Shown here: positions 1-12,400 of the stretch, piece after piece
How the letters are laid out: every line of letters begins with the position of its first letter
Numbering within the stretch: the stretch's first letter is position 1
Assembly (NCBI GenBank): GCA_002269645.1
Contig: NIVC01002005.1
Coordinates: 1 to 64,000, forward strand
Direction of reading: 5' to 3'
Source of the DNA: Macrostomum lignano
Lineage: Eukaryota
DNA: 64,000 nt
Translations under genes and position numbers: made by a program
Notes under the pieces: model-generated
Database searches by the model: none
Told to the model about the DNA's origin: nothing
The model's input: only the letters and a program-made list of their open reading frames with translations

Positions 1-142
1 TTGGCAGCGACTTCCGTTACCCTGCTGCTGCCGCTGATGTTCGCGTGAAGGAGCGACAATTATTCGGCAAATTCAGTTTGATAGCAAAGATCTCAGCGTC
101 GCTCGTAACGGCGAGGAAGGACCGTCGCCCCCTAAAATCTCT

Positions 143-3100
143 ATGAGATCTGTGGATAAGTGAGTCAGTTTAGAATGATAGATAGATAGTTAAAGAAATA
201 AGATAGATAGATAAGGCGAAAAGAAACCACAAACACATACAGTACAAGCAAAAACACAATTTATTTATTTAAATTCTAAGAATAATACCAATATTTCGAG
301 CCGAACTGAATCTCCGTCGGGGTATAATTAAAAAATCTGTGAAAAAGGGAACATGAAAACAGAGTTGAGTATTTATAGAAAAGCACGTGTAAAATAAAAT
401 GATCAATATGTTTGGGCGGGCACGTTGCAACGTGTGTGTACACCTGTACATCTAGTGCTCATCTGAAAAGAGGTTTTAGCTTTGAGACCTACCATTAGTT
501 ACTGCGGACAGGTTGGATGGACATAGAATGTTCTTTAATGAGCGTGAGTGAGTATAGGCAGGCGGCCACCGTGTCCAGCTCTGCAGCATAGTTCGAAATG
601 GCCGTGCGAATTTGATGAACAACTCACCCAGAGTGGTCCGTGAAAGGAATCACTATTGGATGCAGGCGTCTTTTTCAATGATGACCGTGCTTGAGCCTGC
701 CGGAGTCTGAGTCTGTAGTAAAGCGATGCTCCATAATCATCCGCCTGCTTTGAGCTCCCTCTTTAGTGGCCAGGCACTAAAGTACTGAGGTACCACAGAC
801 CCATAAAGCGGAGGTCCTGAAGATTGTGGTTTAGTGACCGAAAGTGTCTGAAGATTGGGGTGTCCTTAGCCAGTCTGGTGTTGCTCAGGTGAGCTTGAAG
901 TCTGACTTTGAGAGCGCCTTCCATCTCACCTACGTAGATACAGCGGTCATTGCAAGTCTTGCACAGAATGGCATGCCCCACGTTTCTGGAGTCACAGCAG
1001 ACTTTTCAACAAACTGACGATCAATGTAGAAGCCTAGCTAGATGAGAGCAGAATTCTTGGCATCCCTGACTAAGCCGACAGAATATCCTTGTTTTTTTCA
1101 GGATGCTTGTTAAGCTGCTGCTGGTCTCATCAAAGTTGACTTTAAATTTGCAACGGCGAGCCTAACGGAGGATCTGAGATTTCAGTATACCTTTAAAAGT
1201 GTGCTTTGGGTGAAAATACCCCGGATACAAGAGCTGGCGCGACTCGGTGGGTTTGAGGTAGATAGAACACGAAAGTCTCTTGTTATTGTTGCCGTCAGTC
1301 AGACTGACACCGCAGTCCAAGAATTGAATCTTCTGTCTGCTGTATTGCATCGTGAGTCGGATGTTGCTATCAAATTCATTCAGATGCCTGTGCATCTCCT
1401 TTAGTTCGACTTCAGTGCCGACGAACGAAAACCATAAAAATGTGGTCAATGTAGCGCTTGAAGAAACAAGGGGTAAACGGGGCTGCTTTTAAAGTTTTGG
1501 ATTTCCAGGCAGACATAAAGATGTTGGAGTAGGATGGCGCAAAAGCCTTTCCCATGCTTGTGCCTTTGACTTGGGAAGTAGAGAGAGAAGAGAGGTCACG
1601 GCGTATAAAAATATTATTTTAGAAAATAGGCTACCGGTTTCAAGCCTCTGGGCTCTTCGTCAGGCCAAAAATCTGTGTGTAATGCAATGCAAGTTGGTCT
1701 TTTAAGTAAATTATTTTTCTTATTCTGATAAAATTGATGAGTAGTTGTACATATGAGGAATGTACATTTAAAGCCCTGTGTTGTCTAGCTCTAACTTGTC
1801 CCAGAGGCTTTCCACCGTTCATTTTAATCGATAGTATATTTATTATATAAAAATTGTTTTTTTCGAAGTACTATACGATTAGATGAAATGCCGGTATTAA
1901 GGGTAGGAGCATAAAAATCGATATTTGTGCGTACAATCAAGTAGTTTGGATAAAATAAATGACAAAGTGAATAAATATTGTACTTCAATAGGGTAAAGTG
2001 AGCGCATTGGTTAAAATGATTCAATTTTTTTCCTGGCTGAGACTTAAATTTATTGGGAGCCAGGAGGCTCTGTACATTACGTTGCCGTGTAAGTGCGGGC
2101 AGTATGCGCGAGCCTGGTTTATTTTGTAGTTTATCAAAGTTTTTAGCTATCTCGTTGGCAAGCCCCTTATCAGTGGGAATGTTAGTGTGCAGGCATTTAA
2201 CATCCATTCTAACCAGAAAGACATTTTCGTCTTTTTCAAAAATCAAATCATTGTTAGCCGTTTGAATGTACATGCAGGCAAATCCACTCTGCAGAACTGC
2301 ATCATTGTCGGTGGATGTCGCAAAAGAGTCGGAATAGTTAGCCTGGCTGGCATTCATGTTGTTGCTATCAGCAGCAGCTAGGGATGCCTGGTCACAGTCC
2401 ACCCCCGTGTCCAGCCCCTGGTCACTGGAAACTGGATTCTGCATTTGCGTATCGAGCCCCTTAAACGGCTCTGTTATCGGATAAAAAGGCGAGCTAGCTT
2501 GGTTGTCCTCGGTACGTATGGCTTAGCATGCTCGGTTCCTCGTTAAAGTCCCGTCAGTTTGGAGATTCTTCCATGCCCGTTGAAAGGCCGGAGGGACAAT
2601 TTCCTGTTGTTTGTCACCACCTCAAACAAGAGGTTTAAAATGGGAACCCCCATAGAGCTGGTTTAGTTTCTTTGGGGAACCTTCAACTTGCTGGCCATGC
2701 TTTTCAGCCGGGATTGCAGCAGATCAGGGCTGCAGCTTGAATCTTCTGCCGAGGTTTTTCCTCCCTGGCTTCCAGTAGTCCAGCAGCTAGATGATGGATG
2801 CTGATCTCGTAGTGGCTCTGCATTGTGTCCAGCGTGCTGACCTCCCACATTGTTCGGCATTCTCAGCAATCCGCGATTTTGTAGATTCCGTAGGCATGGC
2901 AGGCCGGATTGGCGTTTTCAGCTGCTGAGACTTATTACGCATCGCGGATTGTGTCACCTGCCTATTTTCCAGGTGGTGAGCAGCACGACTTGGCGGGCGA
3001 CTCCGGGCGCGGCGATCGTCAGCGACCCCCCCCCCCTGCATTCCAAAGCTGTTGCCGGTCGCCTTCCGTCCTGTCCTTGGGCGATGGCGGCTTCTAGATC

Positions 3101-4824
3101 GCACATCGCAGTCACGCTGGCGATCATACTGTCGGCCGTGTTGTGGAGGTAGTCGTCTCATAGTCGATCGCCCACCTTGGTAGTGCTGGCCTTGTGGACG
3201 ACTATCCGATTGTTGAGGTTCTCTTGCTTCGCGGTGATGCGAGCTGTACCAGCTTCGGCTTTTGGGCGGCATAGCGAAACTGTGAGATTGCTGCACTGGT
3301 CCCGGAAGAAGATAATACGAAACCACACACACACACAGTCGAAGCAAAGTCACAATTTCTTTAATTAGATTCTAAGAAAAAGCCAAATTTTCGACCCGAA
3401 CAGGGTCTTCATCAGGGTATAATATTAAATAATCATTACAAACGGACAAATTAAAGCAGAGTTGAGTGTTTACAGGTAGTATAGAAAGACACGAGTAAAA
3501 TAAAATGATCAATATGGTTGGGCGGTCACGTTGCAACGCGTGCCGGGGTAAAAATAATCCCGTTTTTATAGTCTTATCGGAGATCAGAAGTCCAATTTGT
3601 CCGGAATGTGTCCGTTTGGGCCTATTTTCGTAGTGGTAAAAAAACGGAGGAAGGGTAACGTTTACGGACATATTTTGGGGTTGTCCTCCGCCTCTGTCCG
3701 TTTCCTGTCCGCACAAAACCGTTTCCTTCGTCCGCTTTTTTGTCCGGGTTGTGCGGACAACGAAGCGGTCACTTAAATGGACAAAAAAGCGGACATAATT
3801 GCCATCGATAAAAACGGACTGGAGAATGGACATTAATACGGACAAGGAAGCGAACCTCGGCGTTCAGGACACGAACGATCTTGGAAACGGACACAATTAT
3901 GGCCCATTCAACAGCAAACAACATACGTGTCTCCAGGAAACGGACACACAGACAAGTTGGATCATGATACACATGCTTGATTAACATTTAGCTACTCGGA
4001 TGCTCTCTCGAATAAAAGAGTTTTCCAAGTAAAGAGAAATGCTGGTGAATATAGTGCGAAATATTTATTCAGATACGACGGACTGTCTCATAGACATTGG
4101 TCCACACTTGATGAGCAGATGACTTGCTTGTAGCAGGTGGGAAAGTCTGAGCAAAGATCCCTCCCGTGCCAAGCCTCATGGTCACAGGCAGTTTGACCCT
4201 GCGACTACGGAATTGAACGGATCGTGACTCTCGTAGAGAAAAGTCATAGTCGTAGTCGTAGTAGAGTCGTACGTCTTGTATCAGCTGCAGAAATAACGCT
4301 CTTGCTCATTATGGTCCTGAGTAGATTTTTAGCGGAGGCAGAATATACGTGGAAGGTTTTGTCGACAAACACGACGAGCCTCAATAGTCGGGTCCTGGGT
4401 ACAAGAAATGCAAAAGGCAGTTTGAAACTGCAACCACGCACACGGAATTAATTGAAGTTTGTCAGTTGTCGAGCATTTGAAAAAACCGATATTTCGGCCA
4501 GCTCCTGGCCTTTATTTTTAAACACATATACAGTAATTAAATTAAGTAGCCAGTCAGGCCACGAGTCGCGGTTTGCGGCGTCTGGTCACAGATCGCCGCC
4601 TGCACAGCCTCTGGACACAGGCGGCTGGGCATTGCCGATCGGTTGTAGATTATTATTATTATTATTAGCAGTTGTAGTAGTACTAGTAGTAGTAGCAATA
4701 TTAGTAGTAGTAGTAGTGGTGGTGGTGGTAGCTGTAGTCGTAGTAGAGTCGTACGTCTTGTAGTATAAGCTGCAGAAAAAGCGCTCTTGCTCAGAGTCAG
4801 AATATACGTAGTAGATAGACATAC

Positions 4825-4899
<75 letters not shown>

Positions 4900-4902
4900 A
4901 AT

Positions 4903-4991
<89 letters not shown>

Positions 4992-4994
4992 AAT

Positions 4995-5067
<73 letters not shown>

Positions 5068-5070
5068 AAT

Positions 5071-5107
<37 letters not shown>

Positions 5108-5110
5108 AAT

Positions 5111-5159
<49 letters not shown>

Positions 5160-5162
5160 AAT

Positions 5163-5235
<73 letters not shown>

Positions 5236-5238
5236 AAT

Positions 5239-5314
<76 letters not shown>

Positions 5315-6242
5315 GTAAAGCCGAATGCCAACGCAAAGCCACGCACGCAGAGTCGGATTCTCTTAGTGATTAGTCAAATCGAACTTATTTAAATCGACCA
5401 ATATTTCTGCCTATTGGCTGGCCTTAGTCAGGGTCGAAAAGTAAAGTTTATAATTCGATTTAGTTTAAATTTCTACAAAGAAAAAAATCGAGAAAGTTAA
5501 TAAATGCGAGAGATAAAAATCTGTCAGTTTGATTAGGTTTAAAAGTCCGATGGGTGCTGGGCCGCACGTTGTGCTCCTAATTGAGCAGGATGTACAATGT
5601 AGTTGCAGTTTATTGATCTGAAAATGGGTTGCGGCGTGGCAATGGTGAGAGTAGGCAGCTTAGACGGACAGGGAATGTCTTGAATCGAGCGCGATCTGGT
5701 GTACACCGTCACAGTGTCCAGTTCACGTGCATGGTCTGAGATCACTTGGGAAACGGGTGCAAAGCAAGCCGATCAGTTTTTGTTCCATGTCCCTTCTACG
5801 GCGCTGGGCTCCTTTTTTTGTCGGCTTTGCACTCAGTGCTCAGGTACCATAGGCTCATGAAGCGAAGGTCATGAAGGCTGTGGTTGGCGGAGTTAAAAGG
5901 TCTCGACACTGGCGTGTCTTTTTTTCTAACCTGATGTCGCTCAGGTGGGCTTGTATTCTGACCTTGAGAGTACCACCTGTCTCCCCAATGTAGCCGCAGT
6001 GGCCACTACAAGTCTTACAGAGAATCGCATAGACCACGTCTCTGGAGTCACAGCGGAGTTTTTGGTTGATTCTGTAGACCATTTTAGTGGCATTGGAGCC
6101 TGGGCAGACCTGGCCAAACTGACCATGCTGTTCACACAGGTGACAGCTCGAATTTTTGCATCTAGAATTGCAGGTAGATAGATAGTAGATAGATAAATAG
6201 GCAGACAGATAGATAGACAGACAGACATACAGACAGACAGAG

Positions 6243-6274
<32 letters not shown>

Positions 6275-7171
6275 TGAATGGATGCTATTCTCCCAATTCC
6301 ATTCGCTGTCAGGTGGCCCAGCCGCAGTCGAGTACCTGACGATTCCCCGAGGCACCGCGAGCGGCACCAAGAGGAGGACAGGCGCCGCAGTCGGCAGGGC
6401 AGCGGCCCCGGCCCGCTGTCCTACCGAGGCGTCCTGAAGCTGCCAGCATCGGCTGCCGCGTCCTCATCAAACGCCAGTCAGTCGGGCGGCCCAGTGAGAA
6501 AAGCCGAGGCCCATTCCACGTCTGCCGCTGCCGATGACCTCGGGCCGACTCTGTATAGCGACTCTATTTCAGCCTATTCATCTAGGCAGCGGGACTCGCG
6601 GGACTATCGGGACTCGAGGGACTCAAGGGACTATCGGGACTCGAGGGACTCAAGGGACTATCGGGACTCGAGGGACTCAAGGAACTCGAGAGATCCCGCT
6701 CGATCTGGCGAGAGAATCGTTGCTAAGGCCCGGCGTGACAATGGCGGTGGGTTGTTGACTTGATATGATAATGATAATTATATGATCAGCTCTTATGAGT
6801 CCCCTCTCCTTTACCCTCTACCCTCTACTTTACCCTCTACCCTCTCCTTTACCCTCTACCCTCTCCTTTACCCTCTACCCTCTCCTTTACCCTCTACCCT
6901 CTCCTTTACCTTCTACCCTCTCCTTTACCTTCTACCCTCTCCTTTACCCTCTACCCTCTCCTTTACCTTCTCTCTTAATTTCTTCTTCCCCTCCCTCAGC
7001 TTCTCGTCTCCATAATCTTTTATTTCATTTTATCGTCTCAATGGAATTCATCGTACTTACTCTTAATTTAATCTTTACATCAATTTCTCCATTGCAGGCC
7101 GGTCCTCGGCGTCCACTGCATCAGGAGCTGGCAGACTGGATCGCATTGTCATAAACAGATCAGTACGATAA
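143..7171 (+). CDS. Putative spliced gene for a low-complexity Arg/Asp/Ser-rich protein; exons ~143-159, 6313-6746, 7098-7171 (true 5' end may lie further upstream)
   Basis: Donor AA|GTGAGT at 160 and acceptor CTGTCAG at 6312 are both phase 2. Donor G|GTGGGT at 6747 and acceptor TTTCTCCATTGCAG at 7097 are both phase 1. The middle exon is GC-rich and open (RDSRDY repeats). No recognisable homology. Confidence 0.35.
285..325 (-). ncRNA. Degenerate minimal type I hammerhead ribozyme in the 3' pLTR
   Basis: Minus strand reads UAUACC-CCGACGG-AG..CUC-GAAA-UAUU-GGUAU. Stem I is intact; the core CUGAUGA is mutated to CCGACGG. Confidence 0.6.
3380..3421 (-). ncRNA. Minimal type I hammerhead ribozyme in the 5' pLTR
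   Basis: Minus strand reads AUACC-CUGAUGA-A-GACCC-UGUUC-GGGUC-GAAA-AUUU-GG: intact catalytic core, 5-bp stem II, palindromic AAUU stem III, mismatched stem I. Confidence 0.8.
3550..3990. mobile_element. Putative foldback/MITE-like element with inverted arrays of TGTCCG/CGGACA
   Basis: The left part is rich in TGTCCG and the right part in CGGACA. Perfect 16-bp inverted repeat GTCCGCTTTTTTGTCC at 3730-3745 / 3779-3794. No TSD identified. Confidence 0.4.
4811..5313. repeat. (TAGA)n microsatellite
   Basis: Direct reading; periodic AAATAT interruptions. Confidence 0.98.
5340..6170 (-). mobile_element. Second, 5'-truncated Penelope-like element (GIY-YIG region plus pLTR)
   Basis: Minus-strand CHLCEQ...LRCDSRDVVYAILCKTCSGHCGYIGETGGTLKVRIQAHLSDIR, homologous to but distinct from the first element, followed by a hammerhead motif. 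Confidence 0.85.
5394..5437 (-). ncRNA. Minimal type I hammerhead ribozyme variant of the second PLE
   Basis: Minus strand reads UCGACC-CUGACUA-A-GGCC..AGGCA-GAAA-UAUU-GGUCGA: perfect 6-bp stem I, palindromic AUAU stem III, two apparent core/stem II substitutions. Confidence 0.7.
6175..6275. repeat. (GATA)n/(GACA)n microsatellite
   Basis: Direct reading. Confidence 0.9.
6805..6970. repeat. 19-bp pyrimidine-rich minisatellite (CCCTCTCCTTTACCCTCTA)
   Basis: Direct reading; lies within the putative intron 6747-7097. Confidence 0.9.
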
Positions 7172-7774
7172 TGTTAGTCTATCTCTTCTGCTGTTATATT
7201 TTCGCAAACATCCCCTTAGCAACCAGGTCCAATATTGAATATTGCCTGAAGAAGAATCTATCAGAGGTTTCTTGCTACGTTCTGAGGACGAGAATGCTTT
7301 AATAAAAATCTTAGTAGATTAATATATTTAAGCATTTGCTCTGTTAGCTACTACTTCTTGGCGAACAAACTGCTAAGTAGTGTGGTGTGTGTTTTTTTGT
7401 CTGTCATGTTGCCAAATTTATATTTAAATTCGTGTCTGTCGCATGACCATGAAGGCAGATATGATTTTTTATTTCGTGTTTTTTTTATCTTTCCCTATCG
7501 AACACTGACTGATCACTACTCATATCTAAGCACTATATGCGGCCGACTGTGCTCGATTTTCATTTCCGCTTGCTTACTTAATAATAAATATAGTATCAGA
7601 TTGCGTTGTTATAATTTTATAGTACGATTATGTACTCATTTGATCAGTATGTAATTATTGCTTAAATAATAAACCAGTGGGTGTGACTTGCGGTTTTTGT
7701 CTCTAATGCTAGCGTCAATTGGCTCAATGGATATGTTCACTTGACTTCGGGCTTGTATGATTCACGATTTTATA

Positions 7775-8600
7775 ATTGTGACAGTCACCTCCATCTGTCA
7801 CTGTGATGGTCACCTCCATCTGTCACTGTGATGGTCACCTCCATCTGTCACTGTGACGATCACCTCTGTCACTGTGATGGTCACCTCCATTTGTCACTGT
7901 GACGATCACCTCTGTCACTGTGATGGTCACCTCCATCTGTCACTGTGATGGTCACCTCCATCTGTCACTGTGATGGTCACCTCTATCTTTCACTGTGATG
8001 GTCACCTCTATCTGTCACTGTGATGGTCACCTCTATCTGTCACTGTGATGGTCACCTCTATCTGTCACTGTGATGGTCACCTCTATCTTTCACTGTGACA
8101 GTCACTTCCATCTGTCACTGTGTCAGTCACCTCCATCTGTAAATGTGACAGTTACACCCAATCTGTCATTGTGACAGTCAACCCCATCTGCCACTGTGAC
8201 AGTCACCTCTATCTGTCACTTCCATCTGTCACACGTGAAAGTCACCCCTATCTGCCACTGTGACAGTCACTTCCATCTGTCACTGTGACAGTCACCTCTA
8301 TCTGTCACTGACACTTACCTCCATCTGTCACTGTGACAGTCACTCCATCTGTCACTGTGACAGTCACTCCATCTGTCACTGTGACAGTCACTCCATCTGT
8401 CACTGTGACAGTCACTCCATCTGTCACTGTGACAGTCACTCCATCTGTCACTGTGACAGTCACCTTCATCTGTCAATGTGAGAGTGATCTCCATCTGCCA
8501 CTGTGACAGTCCCATCTGTCAATATGAGAGTGGTCTCCATCTGCCACTGTGACAGTCCCATCTGTCAATATGAGAGTGGTCTCCATCTGTCACTGTGACA
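7775..8600. repeat. 24-25-bp minisatellite (CTCCATCTGTCACTGTGATGGTCAC / ...GTGACAGTCA)
   Basis: Direct reading; later units contain the inverted repeat CTGTCAC-T-GTGACAG. Confidence 0.95.
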
Positions 8601-9429
8601 GACACCAACATTGTTTCATGTTTCGTACTAGTGTTTTAATAGCTTAACGATCACATTGCAATTATATGATTTTTAGTACATTTAATATTAAGATCTTAGA
8701 GATTTAGTATAGGTGGATCGACGGAACCTTACAGCCTGTATACTTATAGATTTTTGTTGTATAAAATTTTAAGCTATGATTATTTTGACCTTAGTTTGTA
8801 CATGCGCTGCTCGAGTAATTGCTACGATATGAGGAAAAGAACATACAGCTGAATGTCATAAATCATAAATCTAATAGGATGCTGCGAGTAAACCGGTTGG
8901 AAGTGGACCATGGATTCATAAGTTAGCGTACATGCTGCTATTCCCAATGTACTTGTAGTGTAGATACATGTAATAATTACAGTCTGTATCAGTACATGGT
9001 GTACAGTGTATATCCACACATTATATTACAGTCCAGTTGTTCCGTTTTTAATACAGCATTTATGCGTTACAAAACTTCTTTCTACCCTTTATCAATCCTG
9101 TAAGTGCACTCTCCCAGATAGAGTACGCTCAGGATATATCAGGCTACAGTGTACATGACGACTCAGTACCCTTAGGTCAGTCCCCTGTCTATCGGCATAG
9201 AGCTACATGTACACTTAGCCAAGCGAGGAGTGGACGAGAAGGGAGAGAGGGGGGTAGTGGGTCTGCGCAGTTCCGACCGGCACTCTCTCCTCGCCTCTTC
9301 CCCAAGTTGTTGTACACTGCATGCCCACACCAGCCTTTTATATATTTCTGCCCCAATCTCGCCAACACTGGGACACGCCGATTGAATCCCAAACTGCTGA
9401 TTCAGTTTCAAATCGTTCTAATCCAAATC

Positions 9430-12400
9430 ATGGCATCCAGTGCAACGTCTACAGTCGAACGCTTGGTCATACCTGTGCCGAAAGCTGCCCTGGACCCGGC
9501 CACATCATCTCGGGTGGCCATCGATAGCGGCAGCTTGCTAACCAAAATGTTATTCATTACTGAACGCGATTCAACTTCCTATAACATGCACTTTCTGTTG
9601 ATGAAAAATGCCGACTTCAATGACGGACTCGACATCATCAGGGAGGAGTGCCGGCTGTTGCAGCGGGACGGTAGCGACGTGGTGAAGGTGACGGGCGTCG
9701 GGTACAAGCACGAGCAGCAGTTCAACCAGTTGCTAGGGGCCTCGTCCGAGTTTGTGGTGGAGCCGCTCTGCTGGATTCGGGGCTACTATTGGGCTGTGGA
9801 GAACCTGGACCCGGCAGATCTGTTCTATCAGCACGAGGCCACCGACCCGTGCTTCTGCAAGAGCTCCTCTGGTCGCTTGGTGGACTTGGAGACTGCCGCT
9901 GGTTAGTCTGACACTTATTTCAGAATGTCTGACGCTTATTTTTATTGTGTCTGACGCTTATTTTTATTGTGTCTGACACTTATTTCAGAATATCTGACGC
10001 TTATTTTTATTGTGTCTGACACTTATTTCAGAATATCTGACGCTTATTTTTATTGTGTCTGACACTTATTTAAGAATGTCTGACGCTTATTTTATTGTGT
10101 CTGACACTTATTTCAGAATGTCTGACGCTTATTTTATTGCGTCTGACACTTATTTCAGAATGTCTGACGCTTATTTTATTGTGTCTGACACTTATTTCAG
10201 AATGTCTGACGCTTATTTTATTGTGTCTGACGCTTATTTTATTGTGTCTGACACTTATTTCAGAATGTCTGGCACTTATTTTATTGTGTCTGACACTTAT
10301 TTCAGAATGTCTGGCACTTATTTTATTGTGTCTGACACTTATATTTCAGAATGTCTGGCACTTTTCAGTACTATCTGACACTTTTCAGTAGGTCTAGCAC
10401 TTTTCAGTACTATCTGACACTTTTCAGTATGTCTGACACCTATTTCAGTATGTCTGACACTTGTTTCAACATGTCTGACACTCATTTTAGTATGTCTGAC
10501 ACTCATTTCAGTCTATCTGACACTTATTTCAGAATGTCTGACACTTATTTTATTGTGTCTGACACTTATTTCAGAATGTCTGACGCTTATTTTATTGTGT
10601 CTGAGACTTATTTCAGAATGTCTGACACTTATTTTATTGTGTCCGACACTTATTTCAGTATTTCTTACGCTTTTCAGTACTATCTGACACTTTTCAGTAT
10701 GTCCTATTTCAGACCTATTTCAGTCTATCTGACACCTATTTCAGTATGTCTGACACTCATTTTAGTATGTCTGACACTCATTTCAGTCTATCTGACACTT
10801 ATTTCAGTATGTCTGACACTTATTTCAGTATGTCAGACACTTATTTCAGTATATCTGACACTTATTTCTGTATTTCTGACACTTATTTCAGTATGCCTGA
10901 CGCTTATTTCAGTATGTCTGACACTTATTTCAGTATGTCTGACACTTGTTTCAGCTTGTCTGACACTCATTTCAGCATGTCTGACACAATTGTTTTAGTA
11001 ATGTCTGACACTTATTTCAGTATGCCTGACACTTATTTCAGTATGCCTGACACTTATTTCAGTATGTCTGACACTTATTTCAGCATGTCTGACACTCATT
11101 TCAGTAATTTTTGACACTTATTTCTGAATGTCTGACACAGTATTGTTCCAAATACAATGCAACCCCTCCCCTTTTATAATGCCTTGCTTAATTTCCCTTC
11201 CCAAAATCGCAGCGGACAATGACCCGGCCGCCAGCGGGTCCGGCAAGTTCCCCGCGGTGCTGGTGAACGCAGGCAGCAGCGTCGGCATGTGCATCGTGAA
11301 CGAGAGCGGCGAAGCTGTGAGGCTGTCGCTGTCCTTCTTCTCCTGCAAGACCCTGGCCGGCCTGGCCAGTCTGCTTCTTGGCACGGCTGATTTCGAAGAA
11401 ATTGTCCGCCTGGCCGAGGCCGGAGATCGGGGCAACGTGGACCTGAAGATTGACGAGCTCACGGCTGAGGATCCGTTGCATCCGTTCGGAGCCTACGATG
11501 GCGACATCCCGCTGGTGCATCTGGGCAAGATCGCCAACGCCTCCGTGACGGCTGGTGGGTGCTGGGATAACACCTGGCTTTGAAATCTCCGTTTGTAGCA
11601 TCTGTAATTAGAGACTCAAGTAGCGCTTGAAGATCACAGGTGTATTAAAGGGGAGATTGAAGACTGCAGGTGGATTAAAGGGAGATTGAAGATCACATGT
11701 GGATTAAAGGGGAGATCGAAGATCACAGGTGGATTAAAGGGGAGATCGAAGATCACAGGTGGATTAAAGGGGAGATTGAAGATCACATGTGGATTAAAGG
11801 GGAGATCGAAGATCACATGTGGATTAAAGGGGAGATCGAAGATCACAGGTGGATTAAAGGGGAGATTGAAGATCACATGTGGATTAAAGGGGAGATCGAA
11901 GATCACAGGTGGATTAAAGGGGAGATCGAAGATCACATGTGGATTAAAGGGGAGATCGAAGATCACAGGTGGATTAAAGGGGAGATTGAAGATCACATGT
12001 GGATTAAAGGGGAGATCGAAGATCACAGGTGGATTAAAGGGGAGATTGAAGATCACAGGTGGATTAAAGAGGAGCTTAGAGACTACAGGTGGATTAAAGG
12101 GGAGCTTAGAGACCACATGTGGATTAAAGGGGAGCTTAGAGACCACATGTGGATTAAAGGGGAGCTTAGAGACCACATGTGGATTAAAGGGGAGCTTAGA
12201 GACCACAGGTGGATTAAAGGGGAGCTTAGAGACCACAGGTGGATTAAAGGGGAGCTTAGAGACCACAGGTGGATTAGAGGGGAGCTGAGATTAAATATCA
12301 CCGGCGGATTAAAGTGGAGCTTAGAGGCGGATTAAAGGGCAGATTAAAGATCACAGGTGGATTAAGGGGGAGCTTAGAAATCACAGGCGGATTAAAAGTG

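Larger units (their letters stand above)
270..3545 (-). mobile_element. Decayed full-length Penelope-like element (PLE): pLTR - basic N-terminus - reverse transcriptase - GIY-YIG endonuclease - pLTR
   Basis: Minus-strand RT motifs LVRMDVKCLHTNIP (~2200), QVKGTSMGKAFAPSYSNIFM (~1520-1580), FKRYIDHIFMVF (~1430-1465) and thumb IQFLDC...IYLKPT; GIY-YIG AILCKTC...IYVGEMEGALKVRLQAHL (763-981). Related ~190-bp direct repeats at ~270-440 and ~3370-3545. Frameshifts and stops are present. Confidence 0.9.

Noticed and set aside
4252-4810. ~55-bp imperfect direct repeat (4252-4308 vs 4734-4793)
   Set aside because: No TSD, TIR or coding link found; probably a local duplication next to (GTA)n low-complexity sequence.
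11634-12335. 200-212-aa ORFs on both strands (WIKGEIEDH / VVSKLPFNPP repeats)
   Set aside because: They lie wholly inside PanK intron 2 and are products of a 30-bp array.
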